Shown piece after piece: positions 13,596 to 26,906 of a stretch of 64,000 bases of DNA. A program made the position numbers and the translations under genes. Location of the stretch: the NCBI RefSeq assembly GCF_036321535.1, contig NC_087438.1, forward strand, positions 9,116,001 through 9,180,000, in the 5' to 3' direction. The notes beneath the pieces were generated by a model. It searched no databases and was not told the DNA's origin. It saw only the letters and a list, made by a program, of their open reading frames with translations. Source of the DNA: Camelus dromedarius (Eukaryota). Each line of letters starts with the position of its first letter. Within the stretch, counting starts at the first letter, position 1.

Positions 13596-14683
13596 GGCTA
13601 TGCATTAGAAAACATGGTATCTTGAGTCAGAAGTTAAGTTGTAGTAGAAGCAGATTCTTTTTTTTTTCCTCAAAAGAATCCACTCTGGAAGAAGAACAAA
13701 GAGAAAGAAACCCACATAAAATACTAAATAATCAAATAGCTTTTCTAAACTAATCTGATGGTCTACTCAAATGTATAAGCTGCACTGATTTTATGCATTT
13801 TTAAATTGTTAATGTAATGTTCCTGTGTCTATTTTTTTCAAAATTATTTTCTGTAGGACTCCTTTATGAAGGCCAGATAACGCTCATGTTTTACCTTGTA
13901 AATGATTGAAAGCATTTCATTTTATCATATATTAATTTGAGTTTCTTCCAGCTTTTACTGACAATGCAAAAGTTCAAGGCATTTTTTAACATCAAACTGA
14001 GGCAATTATATTCAATATAGAATTTATGCCAATTGCAACATTATAAATATGGTATCAGTTCAGCGGGAGTCGTAGATTACTGTGAGTCAAACGTTAAAGA
14101 GTGTCTGCCTCTCTTATTTTATTTGTTAGTATACATATTAAGCTGTAACAACCTTGCATTTGTTTTAATAAACTAGAGATATGAAGGTTTTTCATATCTT
14201 TGCTACATCATTGATAATTTTAATTACCAATTTGTTGAAGTAGCAGTGCTTTGTTACTAACACATGGAAATGACTGAAGTTAAATAGGTGAAAAGGTGCC
14301 TATTTTTCTGAGACAATTGTACTGCTTAAGAAACCAGAAATCTTGGTTAAAAACTATTGTTTCAATCCTTGGGCAAAAGATCTCCCTAGAAAAGGAAACA
14401 GGCTGAGAAAACTGCATGAAATCTATGGTGGACTTACTCATAATGCTCTTCCTGTGTGACCAAAGAGGGTAATAAGTAGGCAGAAGCTCTTTGGCCACAT
14501 AAGGATTCAGATGATTGTGGAGAAACATGGGGAATGAGAGACAAAGGTGTTTCCTCCAGAGAATTGAATGACTACTTCCTCATGGAACGTTCATGCCTTC
14601 AGGACTGTGGACCATCTCCAGATCTGATAAAACTGATTTCAGGACCACCGTGGCCCTACGTCTTCCCTTCTTCCTATTTCAAA

Positions 14684-14685
<2 letters not shown>

Positions 14686-14718
<33 letters not shown>

Positions 14719-14721
14719 TGC
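14686..14721. repeat. (GT)n microsatellite extended by gcgcgtgc
   Basis: About 14 GT units read directly. Confidence 0.97.
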
Positions 14722-14861
14722 CTGCATGCATACTGTAGAGTTAAGATAACTTGATTAACTAGCTCATAAACTTCAAACTAAGAAAAGGAAGTTTGAGATA
14801 GGGTGTAGAAAAGTCTGTGCATGAACCAGAAATTCGGGACATTCATCTGGATACAGTGATG

Positions 14862-15208
14862 GCATCTTAATCCAGTCAAGCTGCTAAAATGAAACACAAC
14901 AGACTGGGTAGTTTACACAACAAATATTTATTTCTCAAAGTTCAGGAGGCTGGCAAATCCACGTCTAAGGTGCTGGCAGATTTGGTATCTGGCATGGACT
15001 AGCTTCCTGGCTCACGAACAGCTTTCTTTTTCCTGTGTTTTCACATGGAGAAAAGGGGGAGGTAACTCTCTCCAGGCCTCTTTTATAAGGGCATTAATCC
15101 CATTTAGGAGACCCTCAGTACTGCCCAAAGGTCTCACCTCCTAATACCATCACAGTGGGGATTAAGTTTCAATCCATGAATTTTGGGGGGATACAAACAT
15201 TGTCCACA
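14862..15208 (-). mobile_element. MLT1A-like solo LTR
   Basis: atcttaatccagtcaagctgctaaaatgaaacacaacagactgggtagttt...cacctcctaataccatcacagtggggattaagtttcaatccatgaattttggggggatacaaacatt. Confidence 0.88.
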
Positions 15209-15334
15209 GCAGATGGAATGGGGCTTTGGGGCTGTTTGGGGGCAAGGATATTGTTAGTTCTATGTATGGAAGAAAAATGCAAAAGGATATTTGAAGACCA
15301 GGAGGGAAGACTGTACCAGAGACTGATAATGTTT

Positions 15335-15668
15335 ACTGATGAAACCATGTGTTTGCCTACGTTTTTCAGTCCCCTTGAAGATGTAGGCTGTGCTGTAACA
15401 CCACTAACTGGCCAGTAGGCTGTGGCTAGAGTGGTATGTTTCATCTAGACAAAAATGTTAAGGAGCCAGTGCTTTGTTTTATATGCTCTATTTTCATAAG
15501 ACAACAATTGTGAAAAATATTGTGAAATGGTACAGCTTCATAATCATCATTGGTTATGTACCTTGAGTAAGACAGCAGTGTTTGTCTCTTTAAGTGCCCA
15601 AGAGTGGGTGGCACTTTTTGTTTATTTGTTTAGTTGGTTTTATCTCACCATAGTTTATCTGACTAATA
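15335..15668 (+). mobile_element. Ancient MaLR LTR (MLT1I/J-like), degenerate
   Basis: ctggccagtaggctgtggctagagtgg...ttaaggagccagtgc, ending catagtttatctgactaata. Confidence 0.4.
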
Positions 15669-16797
15669 AATTAAGTTGTCATAAGTTACCAAACATTTTA
15701 CAGTTCATTAGATTTGTATGTGTATTTTTAGTTAGGTTTTCATTGTTTTTTTTAAAAAAATTCATAAAAATAGTTTCTTATCAGCTACTTCCCTTCACAT
15801 TTTTTTTCATACAATTGTTTAGATGACAAGTATAGATGATAACTAAAATATATGCTTAAGAAGAGAAACCAGAAAGAAATCAACTTTAATTTTCATCTCA
15901 TTTAAATCCTGAAGAAGAGGAAATATGTAAGGACAACTTAACAAGTGGTGAAAAGGTAAAAATAAATTTGCAAATCATATATTTAAAATGTAAACTAATA
16001 AATTTTACTAATATATGAACTTTATTAAATACAGAGTAAAACACACGTGTCCTCTCTCTCACTATTCTTAGGTAACACATGCTCTAAAACCTTCAAATAC
16101 ATCAGGGGTGAAATTTAGCTCAGCACACTGAAAATGCAGAGTTACATTACACAATCAGGTGTGACATTGCCACAGTATTATTTTCTGTATTGTGTCTTCA
16201 ATGTGATGTTCAGTGTTTTCTAATACCATTCCTGAATCCATCAATATCATTAACTCATAATACTTCACCTTTGCTATGAGACAGGTTACAATTATTGCAG
16301 CTCCTAGAATTAATCAGCATCATTAATGGTCTAGAAAAGCCACCTTTTAAAAAATGTCTGCAGTGACTCCATATGATTTTCATCTGGCTGATTGTAGTGT
16401 CTAGTACTTCCTTGATCAAGTTATTAGAAGTCTGTGGGAGGCAGGGTTTGACACCCTACCACCAACCACATAAGAGGAGGTACATGCTTTCCTTGTTACA
16501 ACAATTATTTGGAAATCATTTCTAAGATCCTTCTCTTTGGAAATTGCTCAATGGTTGGGTCTCTCTAGCCGGCGCCATGGTTTTGTCTCTCTGCTACTCT
16601 GTTCCTGACAGCTTTGTCCATACATGACAGAGAATGCATAGAACACATGTCCCTACAATTAGAAAGAGCAACCTTGCAGTCTTAAACAACTAGCATTTCA
16701 TGAACATACACAATAATATATTTGCAATATGCCTCACTTCATATATCCAGTGAGGCAGGTAGGGGGATTAAGATTCCTTGTAGTTCATTCAAGTTTG

Positions 16798-16852
16798 ATT
16801 AAGCTTTTGGTTATAATTAGATATCATTAAGCTTTTGGTTATAATTAGATAT
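16798..16852. repeat. Perfect two-copy tandem duplication (period 28)
   Basis: attaagcttttggttataattagatat occurs twice, separated by a single c. Confidence 0.96.
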
Positions 16853-18495
16853 TGTATGAATATATAAACATGCAGGTCAACATTTACTCTATATGCCAAA
16901 TTTTAATTTATTAATTGCCAAGAATAAACATTTTTTCAACAACTTGCAAAGACGTCTATAATTTGCGGCACCATTTTCTTGATTTTACGTCAGAATATTG
17001 CTTTAGTTAGGGCTTGGAGAATTGCATGTTTTTGATTTGAGTATTCACCTGTAGCTTACAGAGCCTGGCACAGATGCAGCATATGACAGCATTTGCAAAT
17101 CAGTAGTGAGTAGACCCTGCGAGTTCTTCCCCAAATCATCTCTCTCAATTGTCACAACTCTAATACACTTAAATACTCTCTATAATTTCCACATAGTAAT
17201 GAATAAATATAACAAAAGACTTCTACTTGGTGACATTCCCTACAACAAACTTTTGTTGTAAAGGTCATCTCAACCTTTCATATTTAATCATTCCTGGATA
17301 ACATCACTCTCTGTTCCCTTGGTTTGATATCTGTTTCTTCTTCCTTCTCTGTTTGAATTTGCCTATGTCTCTTTACTGGCCTCTTTATTTTCAACTTATT
17401 TTAAATTTGTTGCAAATGTGTTTTATTATTGACAGCAAAAATAAATATTCTGCTAGTTAGTATAGTATCTTCTTTCATGCTAGTCTGTCACATGGGGGTG
17501 TTTAGAACACTAACATGTAGAATGCTAACTTCAATGCTTTGATTTCTACGAGCAGAAAGACTCAGCTTGACTATCACGTTCTTGGTCTTTCTGGGTCAGA
17601 AATTGCCAGCACACATGATAATTAAAAACTTCTATGGGAATGAGGTTATAATCCATCAAACTGGAATCATCAGTCTCTTCCCAGTGCTCATGCCTTCTAA
17701 CCTGTTTCCCGGATTTCCTCAGACCATGAAGTGACAACTGTGGACAAATCCCCTTTGCTGGGATGCAGAGAAAGACCATGGCTTGAGGGACACCCAGATG
17801 CCTGGGTCTCAGGAGCCACTGGGCTCTGGGATTCCAACAACATGGAGTTGGCCGGAAAGGAGAATGGAAACAGGACCTGTGCTCCATATTCCCAGAATTT
17901 TCTCTGCTCTCTGTCACTTCTGCCCCAACACCTCACTCAAGACCCGTATGCACGTTTCTCCCTTATCCTGGGGTATGTCTTACAAGGAGTTCTGAAAGGC
18001 TCATGTTTTAAGTAAAAATTTAATATTTTGATGCTAAGAATTTCAACTTATTCCAAAATGCATGTAAAAGAAACAAAACAAACAGAACAAAACAGGTCCA
18101 ACAAATATGGACAATACTGTTCTTAATCAAATCAATATTTTCTTTTGAAACATCTTCAAATAATTACATTAATTTTTAGATGCAGAACTTAAAGATAGAA
18201 GACAAATATCACAGGAAAAGAACTCAGTATTTTATAATCTGAAAGTTTTGCTATTATCTTTATATGAACTTAGAAAGTGGGGAAGTTCAGTTATTTTTTA
18301 AGTTCATTTATTATTATTTACTCTCGACTTTTAGTAGACAAAGATGAATTATCTAATTGTGGAATGACAATGCCATCTAAATCCTTCTGTATTGTCCCTG
18401 AATTTAGAATGTTTTAATGTACCAATCTCTTGTCAAGTGGACTCAAGAGATGTGTAATCTTTAAAATTGTGATTCTCATCTCACACAGTTTTAAG

Positions 18496-18525
18496 ACACA
18501 CACACGCACACACACATACACACAA
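18496..18525. repeat. Interrupted (CA)n microsatellite
   Basis: acacacacacgcacacacacatacacaca. Confidence 0.9.
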
Positions 18526-20714
18526 AATAAAGTGACAACAATATTGCCAGAAACTTAATCATTTCACATTGGACACATCCTCAGTTTATATACTTATTGG
18601 TGTTTAAAGATAACTTCAAGATCTATAGCCAATTTATGTTTTCATTATATTTATAGTTTTAAATACAAATAATATTTAAATTTTTGGTTGAATTTACTTT
18701 TAAATTGTTGACTTTAATCATTAACTTGAATCTTCTCTTTCACTGGCCCTTGTTTTACTGCATATACACACACTCATCTCCCTACTATTGTAAACAAAAT
18801 TTAAGAGACATTAAAAGATTAAAAACCTGTTGTTTATACACCTGAATTTCCTTTGTAAATAAAATAAATAAAAATACTATACCTACAAATAATATACTTT
18901 ACTTAAGAAGACAAATAATAATATGAACATGATTATTTGGAAAAAAGGTGAACACAATTTTATATATTTATCTAACCCCTTTTTGTTGTGTTCTTGTTCT
19001 TTTAACAGGTTGGAAAAATATATGTTTATCTGTAATAAAATTTAAATAAAAATTAATATTGCTTGACCTTATTTAAGAAAACATGCCAACTGGTTGTTAT
19101 TGGAACACAGAGAAAAAAGAGTAGGATTTATTCCTTTTGGACTAAATCATACTTAACTAAATTGTGCAACAGCTAATTTTAAATTTATGCTTGCAGAAGA
19201 TATTCCAAATGACAGATCAAAATGTGATGCACCCAATGTCTGTTTCTGCCAATATTACACTAAGGCGGACATTGTTTGCAAACCAAGGTGAATCTGTGAG
19301 TGTTCCTCTATGTGATTATAGAAATGTTATGTATAAACAGATGATAAAAACATAAATACATAAAGCTGCTAGTCAGGGATGATCCCATGTGTAATTTCAG
19401 TAATTTTCTACTTACTGAGCCTTATTTATGACACAGTGAGATATCTTTTATATTCAGAAATATGTTATATTTTTCTTCAAAAGCGGGTTTCATATATCAT
19501 TTTGAATTTCTCTCAGTTTAACAGCATTGTTCAAACTGATTTATTTCCTTTTTTAGATCTGAAAAGTGGGAAATTTTTACTCTTCATTTTATATGAAGAG
19601 TAAATTAGTCTTCATTTTGGAAATACCACCTACCTATTAAAAAATGAAACAGCAGTTGCAATTTAGGGCATGAAATTTTTAAAATGCAATGGAAAAGCAC
19701 AGTGTTATTCCCACAAAAAGCCCCAGTGGGAACATAACAGCCAAAACTAGCAGTAATTTTGGCTCTAGTTAAGCTCTGGAAGTATCATCCTAGAAGCAAA
19801 ATTATTTTGTGAAAAATCTACATTTTAAGTGCCCAAAGATAAGCTTGGGTAACAATATTTTCCCATGTACAGCTGTTTCTACATCAAGATGACCTTTCTG
19901 AAAATGAGTTTCACTGGTCTACCCCGTAGAAGTCCTGATGCTCTGCTTCCTTATAATGTACAAATATCTGCAGTCATCTTATTCAGAAACACGTAATGGA
20001 AAATGCCATAGTGTATCAGATAAATATAAATTTCTCAAGTTATCTGACACTATCTGCTGCCTGACTCTACATAAAAAGGCTAGATTTCATCCTTAAATAT
20101 AATCTCTTTTTAGCCTTTGTAGACTAGCATGTTACTTTGAAACTACAGTTGCTGGACTCCATAAATGATACTAAAGCAATACTGGGAAATGTTTCCTATT
20201 ATAAGACAGACTTCCATAAGGACAATTCCAGTGTGCAACATGAGAGGTCTGTTCAGGAGTCCACACATCAAATTAACACTGCCCATGCTTTGGCCCGTGC
20301 ATGGAGCATTCCGCAGGAAGTGAAACAGGCACTTGGAGGCCTTTCCATGACATCCGTTCATTCACTTGTCTGCTCACAGGTTACTGACCTCATATAGGGG
20401 AGGCTCAGGTGACGATGTTTTGGTCTACAGTATACTGTCTGTTTTGCAGAAGCATTTATTTCTTGCATCTTTGTTTACCCTCCCCTTAAATGAGGACATA
20501 TCTCAATTTTAAAAAGTCAGAAGAAAGAAGAGAATTATATTTTCTCATAAATATTACCTGTAAGGAAGTGAATATATCCCTAAAACAAATTTGAGCATGG
20601 TCAAATTGTTCTGGGGGCACGATGCTAGTTTATTTTCTGAGTATTTATATAATGAGACCATTTTGTTCCATGCTACAAGGTAAACTTAGACAGCAATAAG
20701 CGTGCTTCTGTGAG

Positions 20715-20910
20715 GTGTGCTCTCTGTCTCTCTGGGCCAAGGGTATTTGCCCCCAACATTGACGTTTTGCTGGACCACGTGGCTTCCTGTGGCCAATGGA
20801 ATGTCATTGCAGGGGATGCAAACCGAGGCTTTAAATAAACTCATCTGGTTTGGCTTGCTTCTTGCACTTGGGTCCATCTTCCACGGAACTGAGTTCAGAG
20901 GTAGCCTGGA
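20715..20910 (+). mobile_element. MLT1H-like LTR, 5' part
   Basis: ggaccacgtggcttcctgtggccaatggaatg...gaggctttaaataaactcatctggtttggcttgcttcttgcact. Confidence 0.6.
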
Positions 20911-21401
20911 CTGTCGCAGTAGGTAAGCCTAATAATGGTCCTTCAAATAAAACATATTTAAATGATCGTCATACTTATCTTAAACCCCAGAACCTATGAA
21001 TACGTTACGTTCTATGACAAAAGAGACTTTGGAGATGTGATCATGTACCTTGAGATGGGAAGATGACCTGGACTATTTGGGTGGACTAGTCTAATCACAG
21101 TGGTTTTTACCAGAGTAAAGCAGGACAGTCAGAGAGGAAGAAAAAAGACATGGGATGACAACAGCAAAGGTTGGAGAAATGCAAGGAAGGGGCCACTAGC
21201 CAAGGGATGTGGGTGAACTTTACAAATCATGAAAAGCAAGAAAACAGACTCCCCCTAAAAGAATCCAGAAAGAGTGCAGCCCCGTCATCACCTTAAGTTT
21301 TGGGCTTCCGACTTCTAGGACCATAGAGATAATACTTTTGTGTTGTTTTAACCCAACAAGTTCGTGGTAATTTGGTAGAGCAGCAAAAGGAAGTTAATAC
21401 A
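20911..21401 (+). mobile_element. MLT1D-like solo LTR, near full length
   Basis: ccccagaacctatgaatacgttacgttctatgacaaaagagactttggagatgtga, ggggccactagccaagggatgtgg, ttgtgttgttttaacccaacaagttcgtggtaatttggtagagcagcaaaaggaagttaataca. Confidence 0.87.
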
Positions 21402-21495
21402 ATATCCATGAATACATACAACCAGAATCAAACCCACAGCCTGGGTCCAGGCCAGCAGATTTCAGTCTAAAGCAGAGCCATTTTAGACGAGCCTT
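21402..21495 (+). mobile_element. Probable continuation of the MLT1H-like LTR
   Basis: aacccacagcctgggtccaggccagcagatttcagtctaaagcagagcc. Confidence 0.45.
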
Positions 21496-24400
21496 AGAAG
21501 TTTGTTTATGAAGTAGAAGTTCTGTCTCTTTCTCACTTTGCCTCTCTCTCTCTCAAGGCAAATACATATCTTTATTTTTCTGTTTTACCTAAAACAGAAT
21601 TATAGATAGATGGATACATAGATTCTGTTTTGAACTGGCTATAGTTAAGATTATAGGCTATAATTTAGGGTACGAAAGAATGTATCTTGTATCTAGTTGC
21701 ATATCTGCTTATAAGGATATATTTATCATTTTTAATGGATCCAAATTATTAGTTGCTCTAAATAATTTTTTTAACTAGTAGTCAAAGGAGGAATAAAATT
21801 CAGCCCAACTGTTCTTACTATATAATTAGAGAATATATATTGTTGGTAAATAACTGATAAATACTATATTGACATAAGTATATTAAAAATTGTGTGAATT
21901 TTGTTAATACACCTGAATGTTAATTCATGCTAAATTATCTACCTTGCATCTGGCCTGAGAGGCAGGAATAAAAATTTAGATGATGAATCATACTGAGTTG
22001 AGAATTATGTGCGGCTTTCAAAAATTTTTTTCAATTAATCAGGCTGAACTTTATCTTATAAGTATAGAAACAGAGAAATAGTCCTTTCAGTGTTAGAGAA
22101 AAAAAGATTCTTTTTGTATTCTATGTTACCTTGTTATATGTTAAGTTAAAATTTTTTGAAAAAAAAGTTTTGAATTATGTTTACTTTGAAAATCAATATA
22201 GAGTATGTCATATATATTTAGTAAAGAGAATGTAGACAATTTGATATAAAAGACAATTAAATAATTGCTTATGAACTGAAGATTAAAATTATTCTTTCAA
22301 ATTCTGTTATGTTTTTTTGCCCAAATCACAGAAAAAAATAGATGAGCAAGCATTTAAAATTCAGAGCTATATCCAATCATTTGTTAATCAGCTAATATTC
22401 TTATTTTGAGGCGAATAGAAAAATATCTGGAGACCTTGATCATTTAATGTTTAATTAAAATATTACACATTTAAATATTTTTAATGCAATCACTAGCTAG
22501 GAATTTAATTTCCCAGCAGTGCCTCTGCTGAAACTTGTTTACCCTGCTTCTCCCCAGTTCTGTGTTTTTGCTTAATCCTTTTGCTCTGGAAAGTGGAAGT
22601 AGTTCCCCAGGGAGTTCTTTGCACTCCAAAAATGTCAAGAAAGTTTGACAGCTCTCCAATGAAGATGAAATTAGAATAACATAGCTGACAAAAAGAAAAA
22701 TCCAACCAAATAAGCATATAATTGTTCATCGAACCTAGAACTTGTGAGACAATGACTTGTTTCCTAGGCAATTACGTCATTGCCTGGTATGCATGAAATG
22801 TCTCTGTGCAGGTGTCATCAAAGGGCAAACGATGACCCGATGTTCTGAACGCCTCTGTGGATGTGTAATGTCAATGAAAGCAGGCACCCAGAAGTTACTC
22901 AGTATTGTTTGCTGAAATAGTCCGAAACAGCCAAAAATGGCCACCAAGACTGGAAATCCTGCAAAAAAGAGATCTCCGTGAATTTGATAGTGGTATTTTT
23001 TTGTTTGTGTGTTTTAACCTATTGAGTCCATCACTGCTAATGGAGTTTTCATGGTGGTATCAGCAAACAGCAAACTGAACGAAAGAATTAGGCTCTGGTG
23101 TCTCAGCAGAAAATATAATTATATCTGTAATTTTTTTTTGTAATAGTAAGAATAAGCACAATAATTAATAATAAAATAATCTAAATATTTTAGGCATTTG
23201 TATTTGAGTATTACTGGGTTTCTATCTTCTGGCTGCATTTTGATTACCAGGGTAAATATAAGGAATATTTCAATTATACACAGTTAAGCCAACCCCTACA
23301 CCATTATTTGAGTGACTTTCTCCTCTTCATTGTAGTGCGCTAATTTATAACAATTAGAAAAAAGGAAGAAATATGTATAACATACAAAAGAAAATAACAT
23401 ATAAATACAATTTTCTTTTAAAAAGTCTAAGAATTGGAAGGCATGTTTCATAAAATGTAAATCAGACATACACATTTTATTACACACCGATTATCAGCAT
23501 GTAGCCGGGAATTAGCCAAATGACAATGACAAAACATTTAATGCTGTATTTTACAAATTCGAAATGATTTCTAATGGATTTGACTGTTCAATAGTCCAAT
23601 TATTAGTGTTTTTTTTTTAAACAGGTAGATAGCTAATATGATTAGAGAAAAGCTCGAGTTTATTAGCTTTCTCAGAAAATTGCCTACTTTAGAGGGAAAA
23701 GTACATTAACCCTCTTAATTTCTTGATGGCAAAGAAATATTGCCATGTAGGTACTAATGAGTGAATAAAAAACTTACATTTTAAAATTATTTAACTCGAT
23801 ACACAGATTTTATTGAAGGAATGATGTATTTTATTAAAAGTACAAGGATTTTATATAATTTACATGTTTTCCAGTGTAAGTACTTTTAAGTAACAAATTA
23901 AGTTTCATAATCTAGTTTACATGCTTGTGATACATGGATTTTTATATTTTTTTCCTGACAAGATACTTTGCTTAACTCAGTGGTTTTGTCTAATTGCAAA
24001 GAAGATGAGTCTTTAGGAAATATTGGTCTCCCCATCTAAATTGCAAGAGAAAAACACAATTGATGTCCAAATGACTATGTTTGAATAAAGCTTCATGTTA
24101 TACAAAATGTAAATGTAAATTACATTAATTTGTTTGTCATAAAATGCTTGGAGCAATGTTTCCCAAACACCTGTATGATCTCTGTCATAATTATAAAAAT
24201 TTTCTTGCTGTTGTACAAATTCCATGAAGGAAATTATCTTTCTGTTATCATCAGAACTAGTAAGAGCAGCCTGAGGTCCACTCCGAAAGCCCTGATTTTA
24301 AGCATCAGTTAAGTGCTTACCCGATCTGTCTTAACTGATTATTGGATGTTCAGTTTCACTGTAAACTAAATGATAACGTAATAAGACAAACAAAATGAAT

Positions 24401-25984
24401 GTCTAACTTTCTCACTGTTGTTAAACTGTCCCAAAGAAGTTATTTGTGCAAAGATGTCTTTTAAGGGACTTGAACTTATGTGAACGTTAGTAGCGGTTGT
24501 GACCTCTAACTTCTAAAACTTTGCACTTTAAATTAGCGTTTTATTTAATAACTTGTCCTTCTAATAATGACTAAATTGATGTATCTGTTTTTAAAAGTAA
24601 AAACTGAATATGCAGTTTATGTGTAAAGACAAATGAAGGGCACTTCTTATACTCTGAGAGCATTTCAAAGTCTAACATTTCAAACATTCTTCTTAAATGT
24701 ATTATCTCTCATACAAGTTGAGCTACCAAACCATTGTACCAAAATGAGCACTTTCACTCTGTCAAATAAAGGTCAAAAATATATGTTCACATTACTTATA
24801 TTCAACAATAAACTACATTCTGCAGAACGATGATAACTTTTGACTTCAACTTTAACTGCTATTTGAGATAAATAATGAAAAAAATGAGTAAAGTATTCTT
24901 AAAGAAAAGCATGAGAGAATTTATTAACATAAAATGTTAATATTTAAAATCTAAATGATAAACTCATTTCTGTGTTTGTGATTTTTAATTTCATTGGCTA
25001 TTAGGCACGCATAGTTAATATTTACTTACCATGTATAAATGTACTTATGGAACTTGAATATTATATGGTATGTGTTAGAAATATGCCAATTTAGGCTTAC
25101 ATTAGATTTTTCTCATGCTTTTTTCTCATTGTGTCTAGTGTGTCCATACTCACTCTTGTGAAGATAAGACCTATTTTCATGGCTTTAAGTACCATATATA
25201 TGCTGACAAATCCCAAAATGTTATCTGTAATCCAGAACTCTATTTACTTTATGCTGCAATCATTAGATAATTTTATAACTCAATTTACATCTATATTTGT
25301 CAACATCATCCTGAAATCTACACTTTAAAACACAATAACAAAATAAGATATTTAATGGAAATAAACATTTGCAGCCCTTCCTTTGCATAATACTGTGCTA
25401 ACTACAACCTCTGCATACTCATTTTGAGACCTCCATTTGCAAGTTTCTGTGGTCACTGGTCACTGAAATTCAGCACTGGTCACGCAACAATCATGCAAAG
25501 TGAAGACAGCCTGTAACTTGTAATGACTCCTCAGGAGTAATGATCCCCACCCTCCACCCCCCGAAATAGAGGCTTATGATAACTTATTTTCCAGACAATT
25601 TCCCATGAGTTCCATAGAGGTTCCTTCCCGATCCTTCCAAAGACAATTTTAATTATATTTATATGTGAAGTTTCCCTAGAACAATATGTAAACTGAAATT
25701 TAATAGTGACTAAATTATCTAAAATTCTGTGTTACTTTTAGATCTTTAGTGCTTAAATTTAAAAGTGTTTTAAAATCCCAAATGAAGTTGTTTTGCCGTA
25801 TGGAAAAATATACTTGATTTACTAACACTTTTCATTTAAAAACTATATGTTATTTTAATGAATTTTATCAAAGTCCACTCTTCAGATAGATAACCTCTAT
25901 ATGCAGAGGTGTTGAATTGAAAAGAACAAGAATTCTAGATTAAAATTTTTAATTTGCCTAAAACCCGATCAAACTAAAAAAACC

Positions 25985-26435
25985 AGCATTCATTTGATGA
26001 GAAGGAATTTCACTGTTATGGTCTTCCTTCCAAAAAACTCACTAACTCCACTCTAACAATGACACAGACATCAATGAAATCCAAACTGAGGGACATTCTA
26101 TAAAATACCAGACCAATATCAAAATTGTCAAGATCAACAATAACAAGTGAAGTCTGAGAAAAAGTCACAGACCAGGGAAGGCTAAGGAGACATGATTTTT
26201 AAACGTGAAGTGTCACCTAGATGGGATCCTGGGACAGAAGGAGTGAAGAGGGAAAGCATCTGATCAAACTGTGGAATTTAGCTAATAAGAATGTAACAGC
26301 TATTTCCTTAGTTCTGACAAGAGTATATAAGAAGTTACCAATAGGGGAAACCAGGAGTGGTGTATGTGGAAACTCTCTGTGCTCTGTTTACAACTCCTCT
26401 GTAAATCTAAAATTATTCTAACATAAAGTTTACTT
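25985..26435 (+). mobile_element. L1MC-like 3' UTR fragment
   Basis: aatccaaactgagggacattctataaaatacc, ctaaggagacatga, atgggatcctgggacagaa, aactctctgtgctctgtttacaactcctctgtaaatctaaaattattcta. Confidence 0.82.
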
Positions 26436-26906
26436 TCATAAAATATACCATAAAGGTTAACCAACTGTTCAAATGAAGTCATAAACAAAATTTAGCAATT
26501 TCAAATAATTGAATTATTTATGTCTTTAATGATTTGGTAGGATAGAAGTTTAGAGCATGGTGCAATTCATGAGAAAGTCCCCTCTCTTTTGACATATTTT
26601 CTAGGTGGAGTTAAGAGATGCTTATAAGGGACAGACAGATCACAATTAAAATTTAGAAGTACAACTATATCTATAGTATTTTGGAGATGCTACAATCAAA
26701 TGAAACTATTGACCAGAAGACAATACAAATATCCATTCTAAATTTCACTTTTAAGTAATTTTATTTTGTACACATTCTTAGAAAAATGTATATCACTTCC
26801 ACTAGATTTTAATTAGATGAATTAAATGTCCTGAAATCAAGTCATACAACAGAGAGTTCCAAAAGGTGAAATCATCTTGAGCTGTTCTCTGAGTCCCAAC
26901 AATTCT

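Noticed and set aside
16540..16668. Minus-strand acceptor ctctttctaattgtag before 16652
   Set aside because: The frames I translated close quickly and no convincing donor follows. There is too little support on its own.
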